Virus record (IMG/VR): IMGVR_UViG_3300014293_000001
Span: 3,732 to 67,731 of that record
Length of the DNA stretch: 64,000 nt
Strand: one strand, 5' to 3'
Source: a virus
Below the pieces are notes generated by a model that searched no databases, was not told where the DNA came from, and worked only from the letters and a program-made list of their open reading frames with translations. The position numbers were made by a program, and so were the translations under genes. The stretch's first letter is position 1, and each line of letters begins with the position of its first letter. Of this stretch, positions 1-9,044 are shown one piece after another.

Positions 1-12
1 AATACATAATAT

Positions 13-40
13 GGGGAGGGCGACCTCCCCTATTTTTTTT
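13..40 (+). terminator. Rho-independent terminator closing the upstream (off-window) transcription unit
   Basis: GGGGAGG (13-19), GCGA loop, CCTCCCC (24-30), then TATTTTTTTT. Confidence 0.75.
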
Positions 41-50
41 AGGAGGTACT

Positions 51-404
51 ATGAAATTAGGAACACAAGTAGAGGTTGACCCTAAAACTGGTGAATGGAA
101 AATCAAACAAACATATGATGAAGGTGTAGTACTCCGTGAATGTAAACGAATGCGTGACAGCATGGAGGAAGGTAGAATTCATGGTGGTAAAGCTAAAAAG
201 ATTGCTATGATACCACGCCATAGATTTGCTACAGATTTTGAATTGATGCAATATCAACAATGTCAAGGTAAAGATAATGTAGAGGCATCTAAATGGTTAA
301 ATATCTGGTTAGCTAAAAACCCAGAATTTAGAACTACTAATACTATTTACTCTGAAAATACAGGTAAAATTATTAAATCTACAGCCAAATACGGGGGTAT
401 TTAA
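51..404 (+). CDS. hypothetical virion-module protein
   Basis: ATG follows AGGAGG; 117 aa; first gene after the terminator; no motif recognised. Confidence 0.6.
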   Translation: MKLGTQVEVDPKTGEWKIKQTYDEGVVLRECKRMRDSMEEGRIHGGKAKKIAMIPRHRFATDFELMQYQQCQGKDNVEASKWLNIWLAKNPEFRTTNTIYSENTGKIIKSTAKYGGI

Positions 405-928
405 TGATTAGAGTACAATCCGTCATTGAGAGTATTTTATATAACTTAGACGAAGCGTACAATAGACAACATTCTAATAATGAACTTATTGATGCTATTA
501 ATAGCGTATTGAGGTATGTAAATTTATCTCTTATCAATGTAGAAAGCTCTTATATTGCCAATAAGGTGAATATTAAACCAAATAATGGTGTAGCTAAATT
601 ACCTAGTGATTTTGGTAAGTTTGATAGTATTGAAGAAGATACTAATAAAACTTATGAGATTATGGGTAATAAAATCTATCTTGAAAATCCTACAACATTA
701 AAATACTATCGTATTATTAATGAAGTAGAAGATGTAACAGATGAGATTGATTTACCAGCTGTATTGTTTGATATGTTTGTACGTTTCTCTACAATGTTAT
801 TAAGAAAAGAACCTGATAAAACAGGTGGTTCTGATGGCATGGCTAAACTAATTGCTGATGAAATCAAAAAGATGACAGCGAGTGATAGTAGCAGACCTAT
901 TGAACGACCTATGCAGTTCTATGTATAA
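404..928 (+). CDS. structural-module protein, paralog 1 of 3 (head-tail adaptor-like, tentative)
   Basis: TAATG coupling to the previous gene; shares an N-terminal pattern (E-L-I..-N-x-A-I-D/N..) with the next two ORFs. Confidence 0.55.
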   Translation: MIRVQSVIESILYNLDEAYNRQHSNNELIDAINSVLRYVNLSLINVESSYIANKVNIKPNNGVAKLPSDFGKFDSIEEDTNKTYEIMGNKIYLENPTTLKYYRIINEVEDVTDEIDLPAVLFDMFVRFSTMLLRKEPDKTGGSDGMAKLIADEIKKMTASDSSRPIERPMQFYV

Positions 929-937
929 GGAGCCGTA

Positions 938-1405
938 ATGAAGGTAAAAGAAATGTTGATTTTAGCAAGACAACGCCTTGGCGATATGCAGAAAACATCA
1001 TACTCTGATATTGAGTTGATTTACTGCTTAAATAACGCTATCGACCGCTTGTCTTATGAATTATACAATCAAAACGACCCAGAACTTACAAAGAAAATGA
1101 CATTGAATGGTACACAGGAAACTAAACGTCCTGATGATTTCATTGCATTTCAAGGTCAATTCCCTGTTGAATTTGAATACCGTACTGACGGTCCTATTAT
1201 GAAACATCTTGACCCAGAGTTTGATGGGGAACTTGAAATTGTTTATTACGTAGCTATGCCCCACGTTAAAAGCTTGGAAGATGAAATTCCATTCAAGCGT
1301 GTCATGTTTAATAAACAATTATTACAATTCTTGTTATATGAAGCTAAACCTTCTCTTGAAAAGGAAGGACAAAATAGCAATACTACACCAGCTGACCAAG
1401 GCTAG
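938..1405 (+). CDS. structural-module protein, paralog 2 of 3
   Basis: AAGGAG SD; 'IELIYCLNNAIDRLSYEL' resembles the neighbours. Confidence 0.55.
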   Translation: MKVKEMLILARQRLGDMQKTSYSDIELIYCLNNAIDRLSYELYNQNDPELTKKMTLNGTQETKRPDDFIAFQGQFPVEFEYRTDGPIMKHLDPEFDGELEIVYYVAMPHVKSLEDEIPFKRVMFNKQLLQFLLYEAKPSLEKEGQNSNTTPADQG

Positions 1406-1413
1406 GAGGTAAT

Positions 1414-1878
1414 ATGACAGTAAAAGAATTAATGACTAAAGCGGCACTAAGAAACCGCTTATCTGATAGTATTGAAAGCGGGTACGATGATGATGAATTG
1501 ATTGCATACTTTAATGATGCGATTGATTTTGTATGGCATGTACTTATCGACAATAATTATTATGAGGTTATCGGCGATATTACTTTTACACAAAAGGAAA
1601 CACCAACACCGTCAGATTGGTACAAAGCAACCAACCAAGCACCATTACTTTTAAAGAACAAAGGTAAAACAATTGAATGTTATGGTGAATTGCCTTATAC
1701 AGTTCGATACTATCGCAGACCTCAATTTGTATCTACAGTTAATGATGAATTACCGTGGACAAACGAAGCATTCTCTAATATTCTTGCTCAATTGACTATC
1801 GTATTCGCAATGAGTAATCATGAATTCGATATGACAGTAGAACAAGACTTTGTGGAGGCTATTATTAATTATTTATAG
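1414..1878 (+). CDS. structural-module protein, paralog 3 of 3
   Basis: AGGAGG SD; 'DELIAYFNDAIDFVWHVL' resembles the neighbours. Confidence 0.55.
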   Translation: MTVKELMTKAALRNRLSDSIESGYDDDELIAYFNDAIDFVWHVLIDNNYYEVIGDITFTQKETPTPSDWYKATNQAPLLLKNKGKTIECYGELPYTVRYYRRPQFVSTVNDELPWTNEAFSNILAQLTIVFAMSNHEFDMTVEQDFVEAIINYL

Positions 1879-1886
1879 GAGGATAA

Positions 1887-3467
1887 ATGGATAAACAAAA
1901 TAACCTGCCATCTACCATAAATGGTGATGGTCGTAAATTTATCTCCTTGCTTAAAGGGTATCTAAATGATATTAAGGTTGCTTTAGAGGACCAAATTAGC
2001 GAAGTTACTAAAGTATGGAATGGTATAGCTGATAATCCAGACACCATTACAGAACAAATACAGAATATTACCATTGATGAAAAGAGTATTAATGGTAATG
2101 TATCATTAATGTTACGTTGGGATTCAGTACCAATTAAACAATATGCTGGTGTCAGTATTGATGTTAAAGTCGGTGACTTTCATGATACTCCTGATATGTT
2201 TGCCAATAAAGAAGTATTCCAACATTATGACACTGGCAAAACTAACACCTTTACATTGCCAAATGCAGAAATTGGCAAAAAATATGAATTCGTCATTCGT
2301 GGTAGGGATATTCGTAATGCTTTGTCAGAAAAAGTCCATGCACCTGTAACATATTACTATGTTTCTGAAGAGACCCATATCCCTAAATCACCATACGAAT
2401 TTACAGTAATTTTTGATAAACGTGGTGCTTATTGGTCATGGAAACAGCATCCACAAAATGACTACCAATGGACAGAATTACGTTTAGATGCAAATGTAGG
2501 AGAAGAGCACAATCGGTTAGACTTAACTACTGGTTGGAATTCCACCTCTTTACCATATGCACGTGTCGGTACAGCCTACTTGTATAATAAAGGTGTTGGG
2601 AATTCTTATTCTGCTCCAACTACTTTAAATTATTCTAAATCTGTTCCTGCCGCTCCAACTCACATTAATATTACACCTGTATTTGAAGGTCTATATATCA
2701 CATTTGCAAGCATTCCAGAAGATTGTATAGGAGCTAAAATTTATATTAATAATGAAGAACATTTTGTGGCTGATAACAAATTTAGTTTTAATTGTTCTAC
2801 TGGTAACTACACTATCAAGATTTGCTACACTGATGTTTTTGGTAATGGCGAGTTATCTAGTCCAGTAACAACAAGTACAGTGGAAGAAATTCCACCAGAT
2901 GCTGTACACATTACAGACAGAACAGTATTTGATAACGGCATCATTGTCGCAAAATATATTGGTGATAAAGCAGTTGTTGGTACAAAGATTGCAGATGGTG
3001 CTATTACTACTGATAAGTTAGTAGCAAATGCTATTACAGGTGATAAAATTGCAGCTAATGCTATTACTTCAGATAAAATTAAAACTGGAGAAATTACAGC
3101 AGAGAAGATAGCTACTAATACTATAACAGGTGATAAACTTAAAGCCAATACAATTACAGGCGATAAAATTATTACAGGTAGCATTTCTGGCGATAAAATT
3201 GCAGCGAACAGTATTAGCGGTGATAAAATTCAAGCTGGTTCTATTGATACAAATAAACTTGCAGCTGGTGCAGTCAATGCAGATAAAATTCAAGCAGGTT
3301 CAATTTCTGGTGACAAATTAAATGTCAATAGTTTGTCTAGTATTAGTGCTAAGATTGGCACGTTGAGAACAGCTACTACTGGTGCTAGAACAGAAATTAG
3401 AGACAACTTAATTGAGGTGTATGATGAAAATAACAGATTACGTGTTAGAGTGGGGGTGTGGAATTGA
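1887..3467 (+). CDS. tail fibre / host-recognition protein with a 10-residue repeat array
   Basis: AGGAGG SD; 526 aa; 11 tandem decapeptides (I-[TS]-G-D-K-[IL]-x-A-N-[ATS]) near the C-terminus; position in the tail module. Confidence 0.6.
   Translation: MDKQNNLPSTINGDGRKFISLLKGYLNDIKVALEDQISEVTKVWNGIADNPDTITEQIQNITIDEKSINGNVSLMLRWDSVPIKQYAGVSIDVKVGDFHDTPDMFANKEVFQHYDTGKTNTFTLPNAEIGKKYEFVIRGRDIRNALSEKVHAPVTYYYVSEETHIPKSPYEFTVIFDKRGAYWSWKQHPQNDYQWTELRLDANVGEEHNRLDLTTGWNSTSLPYARVGTAYLYNKGVGNSYSAPTTLNYSKSVPAAPTHINITPVFEGLYITFASIPEDCIGAKIYINNEEHFVADNKFSFNCSTGNYTIKICYTDVFGNGELSSPVTTSTVEEIPPDAVHITDRTVFDNGIIVAKYIGDKAVVGTKIADGAITTDKLVANAITGDKIAANAITSDKIKTGEITAEKIATNTITGDKLKANTITGDKIITGSISGDKIAANSISGDKIQAGSIDTNKLAAGAVNADKIQAGSISGDKLNVNSLSSISAKIGTLRTATTGARTEIRDNLIEVYDENNRLRVRVGVWN
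3003..3332 (+). repeat. 11 x 30-bp in-frame coding repeat (ITGDKIAANA-type decapeptide)
   Basis: Read directly from the translation ITTDKLVANA ITGDKIAANA ITSDKIKTGE ... ISGDKLNVNS. Confidence 0.85.
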
Positions 3468-3844
3468 GTTGGTTTAAAAAAATTAAAGAGAAGGTAAAAT
3501 CTTTCTTTAAAAAGGAGGACAAAGTGCCAGCTGGTATTGAGATTTATAATGAACAAAATAAATTAATTTTAGGAACTAATTATCGTGGTTTACGATTATT
3601 AAAAATGTTAAAACTGCAAGATTTGAAAGGTTCTACATCAGTTACGCCTAAAAATGGCGAAGAAATTCTTGCATTTGCTGTATTACATTGCTCTGACACA
3701 GTATGGCATTATAGTGATATTAAATATTGTAATGTCAATGGGCATACCATCTCGTGGGAATTTTCCGAGGGAAATGCATCATCTGCATTTGGTTCCAGTG
3801 AAAATGGACGTATTAATGTTTATATATTTGGGAGGGCAAAATAA
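3458..3844 (+). CDS. hypothetical structural-module protein (GTG start, uncertain)
   Basis: 128-aa ORF overlapping the end of the fibre gene; start codon uncertain. Confidence 0.45.
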   Translation: MELSWFKKIKEKVKSFFKKEDKVPAGIEIYNEQNKLILGTNYRGLRLLKMLKLQDLKGSTSVTPKNGEEILAFAVLHCSDTVWHYSDIKYCNVNGHTISWEFSEGNASSAFGSSENGRINVYIFGRAK

Positions 3845-4668
3845 TGTCAGAATATATTTCGGTAACTAATAATGGCACAAAAGTCATTGACGACAACACA
3901 GTGCATTTAAGGTTCACAAAAGAGCAAACATTTAACGACTCCTTAACACATGATGACTATTTAGATAGCACATATGATGGCTTATGGTTTACGACTGATG
4001 CCGACCAAAAACTTGTTGCAGTCAAAGGAGTTGGTTTAGCATTCCACGCAACTAATTACTTTCGCAAAAAAGGTTCTACTAAATTAATAGCCGATTATGA
4101 TGGTGCACTAACATGGATAAGTGGCATGAACACTGGCTCATTGCAAGGTTTCGATGCTCACGGATTACATTATCGTCCTTCTTCTCGTAGAGATAATCCA
4201 ACAATTACTGGTGATGCCAGTTTCCTCGGCAAAAATATCAATAAAAATCAAACAAAAATTTATACCGTAGAGCAGGGCGTTGGGGATACAAACTCCAAAA
4301 GCGGTATGCAAATTTTTAATGATAAAGGTGAAGTAATTTTTGATAGTAAAAATAAATATACTGATATTATTGATATAATCCACTTTAAAAATTTTGAAAC
4401 AGACTTCAACAAAGAGTATAAATACGATGTGCCAATCGCTATTGTTCCGTTGGACATGAGTGTATACAACTCTTTACATTATGGTCGTGGTGCTGATAAT
4501 AACAGTTATGTTGAGTTAGTTGCTTGTTATATGAATACTGAGAAGTCTTTTAAATTGGTAAAAATGAAAAAGACTGGTGCTAGTGGAACAACACGCTCAT
4601 TTTCTAAAGACAGTTTCGTTACAAATCAAACTTTGTTATTAGTGTTAGATGCTACATCTATTAGCTAG
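3844..4668 (+). CDS. hypothetical structural-module protein
   Basis: ATGA-type coupling; 274 aa. Confidence 0.55.
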   Translation: MSEYISVTNNGTKVIDDNTVHLRFTKEQTFNDSLTHDDYLDSTYDGLWFTTDADQKLVAVKGVGLAFHATNYFRKKGSTKLIADYDGALTWISGMNTGSLQGFDAHGLHYRPSSRRDNPTITGDASFLGKNINKNQTKIYTVEQGVGDTNSKSGMQIFNDKGEVIFDSKNKYTDIIDIIHFKNFETDFNKEYKYDVPIAIVPLDMSVYNSLHYGRGADNNSYVELVACYMNTEKSFKLVKMKKTGASGTTRSFSKDSFVTNQTLLLVLDATSIS

Positions 4669-4676
4669 GAGGTTTA

Positions 4677-5222
4677 ATGATTGAAATAATGCTGCCACCA
4701 CCAAGGGATAGCATTCTTTTCTATTTATATCATAGCACACCAGATAATGCTGTATATGATATTATTTTCTGTATTTTAGCCGTAACAATTCTATTGTTAA
4801 TAGATATTCTATTACGGTTTGTTATTGAACTTGTTGAATATAATAAAGCAGTTGGTAAAGAATGCACTACATGGAATATGTTTAAAGCATTATTCCTTGG
4901 TTGGGGAACTGTTACTCTCTCAAATGGGAAAACAAAAAGATTTTTAGTTAGTAAGGCATTTCGTAAATCTTTATTTTCTAAAGTATCGTTTGAATATCCT
5001 ATTTTCTTCACTCTCGCAGCTACAGCATGGTCATTACCTGATGTTCCTGTTATGGGGTTCAGAATAGACGCATTACTATCAATGCTATTTATGTTAGCAC
5101 CGATGTTGTGTGAAATTGTATCTATTATTGAAAAATTAAATGAACTAGACGCAGAAGCCTTTAAATGGTTTAAAGAGTTGCGTAAATTTATCAAGGAAAC
5201 CAAAGAGGTGATAAAATCTTGA
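4677..5222 (+). CDS. multi-pass membrane protein, holin-like (tentative)
   Basis: AGGAGG SD; several hydrophobic helices; C-terminal 'CEIVSIIEKLNEL' resembles the amphipathic tail of 4-TM holins. Confidence 0.4.
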   Translation: MIEIMLPPPRDSILFYLYHSTPDNAVYDIIFCILAVTILLLIDILLRFVIELVEYNKAVGKECTTWNMFKALFLGWGTVTLSNGKTKRFLVSKAFRKSLFSKVSFEYPIFFTLAATAWSLPDVPVMGFRIDALLSMLFMLAPMLCEIVSIIEKLNELDAEAFKWFKELRKFIKETKEVIKS

Positions 5223-5476
5223 AGCGTATTCTTGAAATGTTAATGTATGAGAATGGGGGTTTATCCCTCACTCGTACAATTTCTGTCTTGTTTGTATTGC
5301 TATTTATTGGTGTTACAATTTACTTAGTATTCTTTGACGCTAGATGGGACCATTACGAAACACTTGCTACTATGGCGGCAGGTGGTGGTCCTATGACACA
5401 AGTTGCTAATAAATTAATCAACTCTAAATACAATACAGCACAAGGAACTTATGAAGAAAGAAAAGGAGCTGAATAA
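5219..5476 (+). CDS. small single-pass membrane protein (TTG start)
   Basis: AGAGGTG SD 8 nt before TTG; TM segment 'ISVLFVLLFIGVTIYLVFF'. Confidence 0.45.
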   Translation: MKRILEMLMYENGGLSLTRTISVLFVLLFIGVTIYLVFFDARWDHYETLATMAAGGGPMTQVANKLINSKYNTAQGTYEERKGAE

Positions 5477-5856
5477 TGGCAAAGTTTAAATCTACTGTAC
5501 CAGTATATGACATTACTGTTAATCAGGGCGACGACTATGCTTTACAAATGATTATCAGTGATAGCAAGAATACACCAATTGATATTACTGGGTATAAATT
5601 TGCTTGTAAGGTTAGAGAAACAGCAGAGAGTCAAGAAGTCATTGCAGAAGCAGAATGTGTCATTAGTGATGCCACAAAAGGTGTATTAAATATTAACTTT
5701 TCTTCAGATGTAACTGGTAACATTGATACTGATGGTGAGTATTACGGTGAAACTAATTCTTACTATTATGATGTTCAGCAAACTAATGTACATGGACGAA
5801 AAGAACGTATTGTACAAGGTAAATTTATTGTCAGTCCCGGAATTTCTTTCCACTAG
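5476..5856 (+). CDS. hypothetical beta-rich structural protein
   Basis: AAAGGAG SD; 126 aa; sits directly upstream of the collagen-like fibre. Confidence 0.5.
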   Translation: MAKFKSTVPVYDITVNQGDDYALQMIISDSKNTPIDITGYKFACKVRETAESQEVIAEAECVISDATKGVLNINFSSDVTGNIDTDGEYYGETNSYYYDVQQTNVHGRKERIVQGKFIVSPGISFH

Positions 5857-5865
5857 GAGGTATAT

Positions 5866-7962
5866 ATGGCTGATAAAATTATTAAAATTATACAAGCTGC
5901 TACTCCTAATATTACGATTAATCATAATCGTGATGGGAAAGATGGCAAAAATGGTAAAGATTTTAAATTTGAAGATTTCACTCCTGCACAGTTGGAAAAA
6001 TTAAAAGGTCCTAAAGGTGATAAGGGTGAAACTGGAGAAAGAGGTCCTGCGGGTAATGTAGGTCCTCAAGGTCCAATCGGTCCAAAAGGTAATGATGGTC
6101 CGCAAGGTCCACAAGGTATTCAAGGCTTAATAGGACCTAAAGGCTTACAGGGTGATGTAGGTCCAAAGGGGGAAATAGGCTCCCAAGGTCCTATTGGTCC
6201 TACTGGTTTAACTGGTCCTAAAGGCGATACAGGCGAACGTGGTCCTATTGGACCTAAAGGTGAGCAAGGTAACGTAGGTCCTGCTGGTCCTCAAGGATTG
6301 CAAGGTATCCAAGGTATTCGTGGTGAAGCGGGTCCTCAAGGTCCCCGTGGCGTACAAGGTGAGCGTGGTCCTATTGGTCCAATCGGTCCTACTGGTCTAC
6401 AAGGACCAAGAGGTGAAAGAGGGGAACCTTTCAAAATCAGCTCTATCCAACCATCAATAGCTGTTATGAACAGCAAAATTGGTACATTTACACAAAATAG
6501 TTTGGTTATGATACGTTCTAATGACGCTGATAACGGTAAGGTATTTGTTAAAACAGATACAGCTTTAGAATATTTAACAACCATGACTGGCGTAAAGGGT
6601 GATAAAGGTGATATTGGTCCACAGGGTCCTATAGGTCCAACAGGTCCACAAGGTCCTAGGGGTGCAATAGGTCCGCAAGGTTTACAAGGTAATGCAGGAC
6701 CACAAGGACCACAAGGTATAGCAGGACCTAAAGGAGATGCAGGTGAAAGAGGACCGCAAGGTCTAACTGGTCCAGTAGGTCCTAATGGTCAAAAAGGTGA
6801 TATAGGTCCAGCAGGTCCAAAAGGTAGTGATGGTAAAAGTGCATATCAATCTTGGTTAGGTCTTGGTAATACAGGTACAGAAGCTGATTTTATTAAAAGT
6901 CTTAAAGGTTCAGAACCAACACTTTTCAAAAGTGCAGCTAATATTGTCAAGGTATTAGAAATCCCATTAGATAGCGGCGTAAACCAATGTCAGGGCTTCA
7001 CATATAATGAAGAAGTAAATGCTTTTTATATTGCTTGTGTAAATAGTGACAATACTAAACAAGTATTCTATAAATACAATGCTGATTTCTCTACTTTAAT
7101 GTCCAAACAAACATTTACAGATAAAAATAGATTGGGTCATTGCAACACATTATGTTCTTATAAAGGTAAAATCTATGTAACAAATGGTTCTGTAAATCCT
7201 AATCAAGTAGCAGTTATGAATGCTAATATGGCGATTGAAGGAACGGTAAATTTCCCTAATAAAGTCTTCAATTTAGCCTATGATAAAGCTTCAAACAAAT
7301 TTGTTTCTATCTTATATACTGGTATAACAAAGCAACGTACTATTCAATATTATAATGAGAACAGAGTATTTATCAATACTAAAACAATGCCCATTATTTC
7401 TACAAGTCAAGATACAAATGGTGCGTTATATAACGGTCAAAGTATTGTATTTTCTGTTGGTGGCTATATTATTGAGAACATAGATGATAATGTTACTAAT
7501 ACAGAGGTAACATCTACACTTGAAGTTGAAGATTTTGCTATCTATAATGGAGAGGTGTATTTTACTGTAAACCGTAATGGTAAAGTTGAAGTGTATAAAC
7601 ATAGTTCAAACACTAAATACTTTAATAATATCAATTACACTCCTCCAAGTGTACCAGCATTAGCTAATAATACTCCATTAACTGGTAAAGATACATCTGG
7701 TGTAGAATGGGGTTTAATTAAACTTAATAACGGTAATGGCGTAGAAGTTGGCAATAAAGATAAACCAATGGCTTTATCAGCGTCACGCATTACATGGTGG
7801 GACGGTACAGCATCTCGTGCTATTTTAACAACTAAAGATTTTGATAATGCTTCTAAAACATTATATACAAAAAAAGAAACAGATGATACATTTATTTCTA
7901 AGGCTAAATACGAAGCAGATTTAACAGCCCTTAAAACAGCTCTTGATAAATTAAACCAATAG
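5866..7962 (+). CDS. collagen-like tail fibre / receptor-binding protein
   Basis: AGGAGG SD; two long Gly-X-Y blocks followed by a ~370-aa globular C-terminal domain. Confidence 0.8.
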   Translation: MADKIIKIIQAATPNITINHNRDGKDGKNGKDFKFEDFTPAQLEKLKGPKGDKGETGERGPAGNVGPQGPIGPKGNDGPQGPQGIQGLIGPKGLQGDVGPKGEIGSQGPIGPTGLTGPKGDTGERGPIGPKGEQGNVGPAGPQGLQGIQGIRGEAGPQGPRGVQGERGPIGPIGPTGLQGPRGERGEPFKISSIQPSIAVMNSKIGTFTQNSLVMIRSNDADNGKVFVKTDTALEYLTTMTGVKGDKGDIGPQGPIGPTGPQGPRGAIGPQGLQGNAGPQGPQGIAGPKGDAGERGPQGLTGPVGPNGQKGDIGPAGPKGSDGKSAYQSWLGLGNTGTEADFIKSLKGSEPTLFKSAANIVKVLEIPLDSGVNQCQGFTYNEEVNAFYIACVNSDNTKQVFYKYNADFSTLMSKQTFTDKNRLGHCNTLCSYKGKIYVTNGSVNPNQVAVMNANMAIEGTVNFPNKVFNLAYDKASNKFVSILYTGITKQRTIQYYNENRVFINTKTMPIISTSQDTNGALYNGQSIVFSVGGYIIENIDDNVTNTEVTSTLEVEDFAIYNGEVYFTVNRNGKVEVYKHSSNTKYFNNINYTPPSVPALANNTPLTGKDTSGVEWGLIKLNNGNGVEVGNKDKPMALSASRITWWDGTASRAILTTKDFDNASKTLYTKKETDDTFISKAKYEADLTALKTALDKLNQ
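6007..6429 (+). repeat. collagen triple-helix (Gly-X-Y) coding repeat, block 1
   Basis: Uninterrupted [25 protein letters not shown]... in the translation. Confidence 0.9.
6589..6840 (+). repeat. collagen triple-helix (Gly-X-Y) coding repeat, block 2
   Basis: [25 protein letters not shown]...GPKGSDGKS. Confidence 0.9.
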
Positions 7963-7970
7963 GAGGTTTT

Positions 7971-9044
7971 ATGGATATTCAAAGTGTAATTGTAAGTGTT
8001 GAAGAACTCAATAAAACAAAAAAAGCGATTGCTGATGCAATTCGTGCTAAAGGTGTAAACTCAAAAGGTAGATTTTCTACTTTTGTAAATGAAATTAATT
8101 CCATTTCAGCTGGTGTTCCACAAGACTATTTAGATAACTTAGATACTGGTAATATATTTATCAAAAACAATCAGAATACACTAGAACCTGTTGGTAATAT
8201 TAGTGAAACACATGAAGATATTAAAGAGAATCAAGTAAATGTATATTCTTTATATGATATTAACAACGTGCAAATTGTAGATAGTCCATATAAAGATAGA
8301 ATTGACTATAATACAAATACACGAATATTTAGTGTTATGGTTAATAATCAAGAATTTGGTCATGTGCCATATACAGTCTTGAGTGCTAGTATTACGCCAC
8401 AACCAGCTGAAAATACAGACGGTAATGTAGTTATTAAATATACAACAAAAGGTCAAGAACATACATTAACAATGCCAATTAAAGATATTTCAATGGTACA
8501 ACCTAATAATATATACGTGATGATGCAAACTCCATTAGACGAACATGTCGATGACGCAAATTTCCAACAACATGTAAACGTCGAAGACTATATGCCACGT
8601 TTAACTCAATTAAAAGGTGTGCGTGTTAAAATAGGCGTATATCAATCTCGTCCAGAAATTTTTAATACACTCAATAATCTAGGTGTTTACAGTTCTATTA
8701 ATGCGATGTTAATCTTACCAAAAGATAATGGCGATTTTGAATACATACCAGTTAAACTTATCAAATCTCTAGCATCACAGACAATACCTTTACATGAAGG
8801 ATATAACGCTGCCGTGTTAGAATTAGAAGACAACAGATTAGTATTCCATTATTCTGATACAGCTGGTAGATTAAATCCTCAATGCATTGTTTCAACTGAA
8901 GACGGAGTTTATAGTACTGACACTACTATTTTAGACAAGATTAAACAGAATAAACAACGACCTAATTATATGATTGGTATTGCTATCCATCATGATGGCT
9001 CTCCTATCACTGAAGAAGAAGTGAAACAAATTGGTACATATTAA
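7971..9044 (+). CDS. hypothetical tail/structural protein
   Basis: AGGAGG SD; 357 aa. Confidence 0.55.
   Translation: MDIQSVIVSVEELNKTKKAIADAIRAKGVNSKGRFSTFVNEINSISAGVPQDYLDNLDTGNIFIKNNQNTLEPVGNISETHEDIKENQVNVYSLYDINNVQIVDSPYKDRIDYNTNTRIFSVMVNNQEFGHVPYTVLSASITPQPAENTDGNVVIKYTTKGQEHTLTMPIKDISMVQPNNIYVMMQTPLDEHVDDANFQQHVNVEDYMPRLTQLKGVRVKIGVYQSRPEIFNTLNNLGVYSSINAMLILPKDNGDFEYIPVKLIKSLASQTIPLHEGYNAAVLELEDNRLVFHYSDTAGRLNPQCIVSTEDGVYSTDTTILDKIKQNKQRPNYMIGIAIHHDGSPITEEEVKQIGTY

Noticed and set aside
2825-3293. Minus-strand ORFs 2825-3184 and 3069-3293, and + ORF 3130-3321, inside the fibre gene
   Set aside because: They are shadow frames created by the 30-bp coding repeat. Their translations are low-complexity (SPVI.., NFI..) and none has an SD.
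5866-7962. Diversity-generating retroelement targeting the fibre genes
   Set aside because: There is no reverse transcriptase ORF and no template/variable repeat pair in the window.
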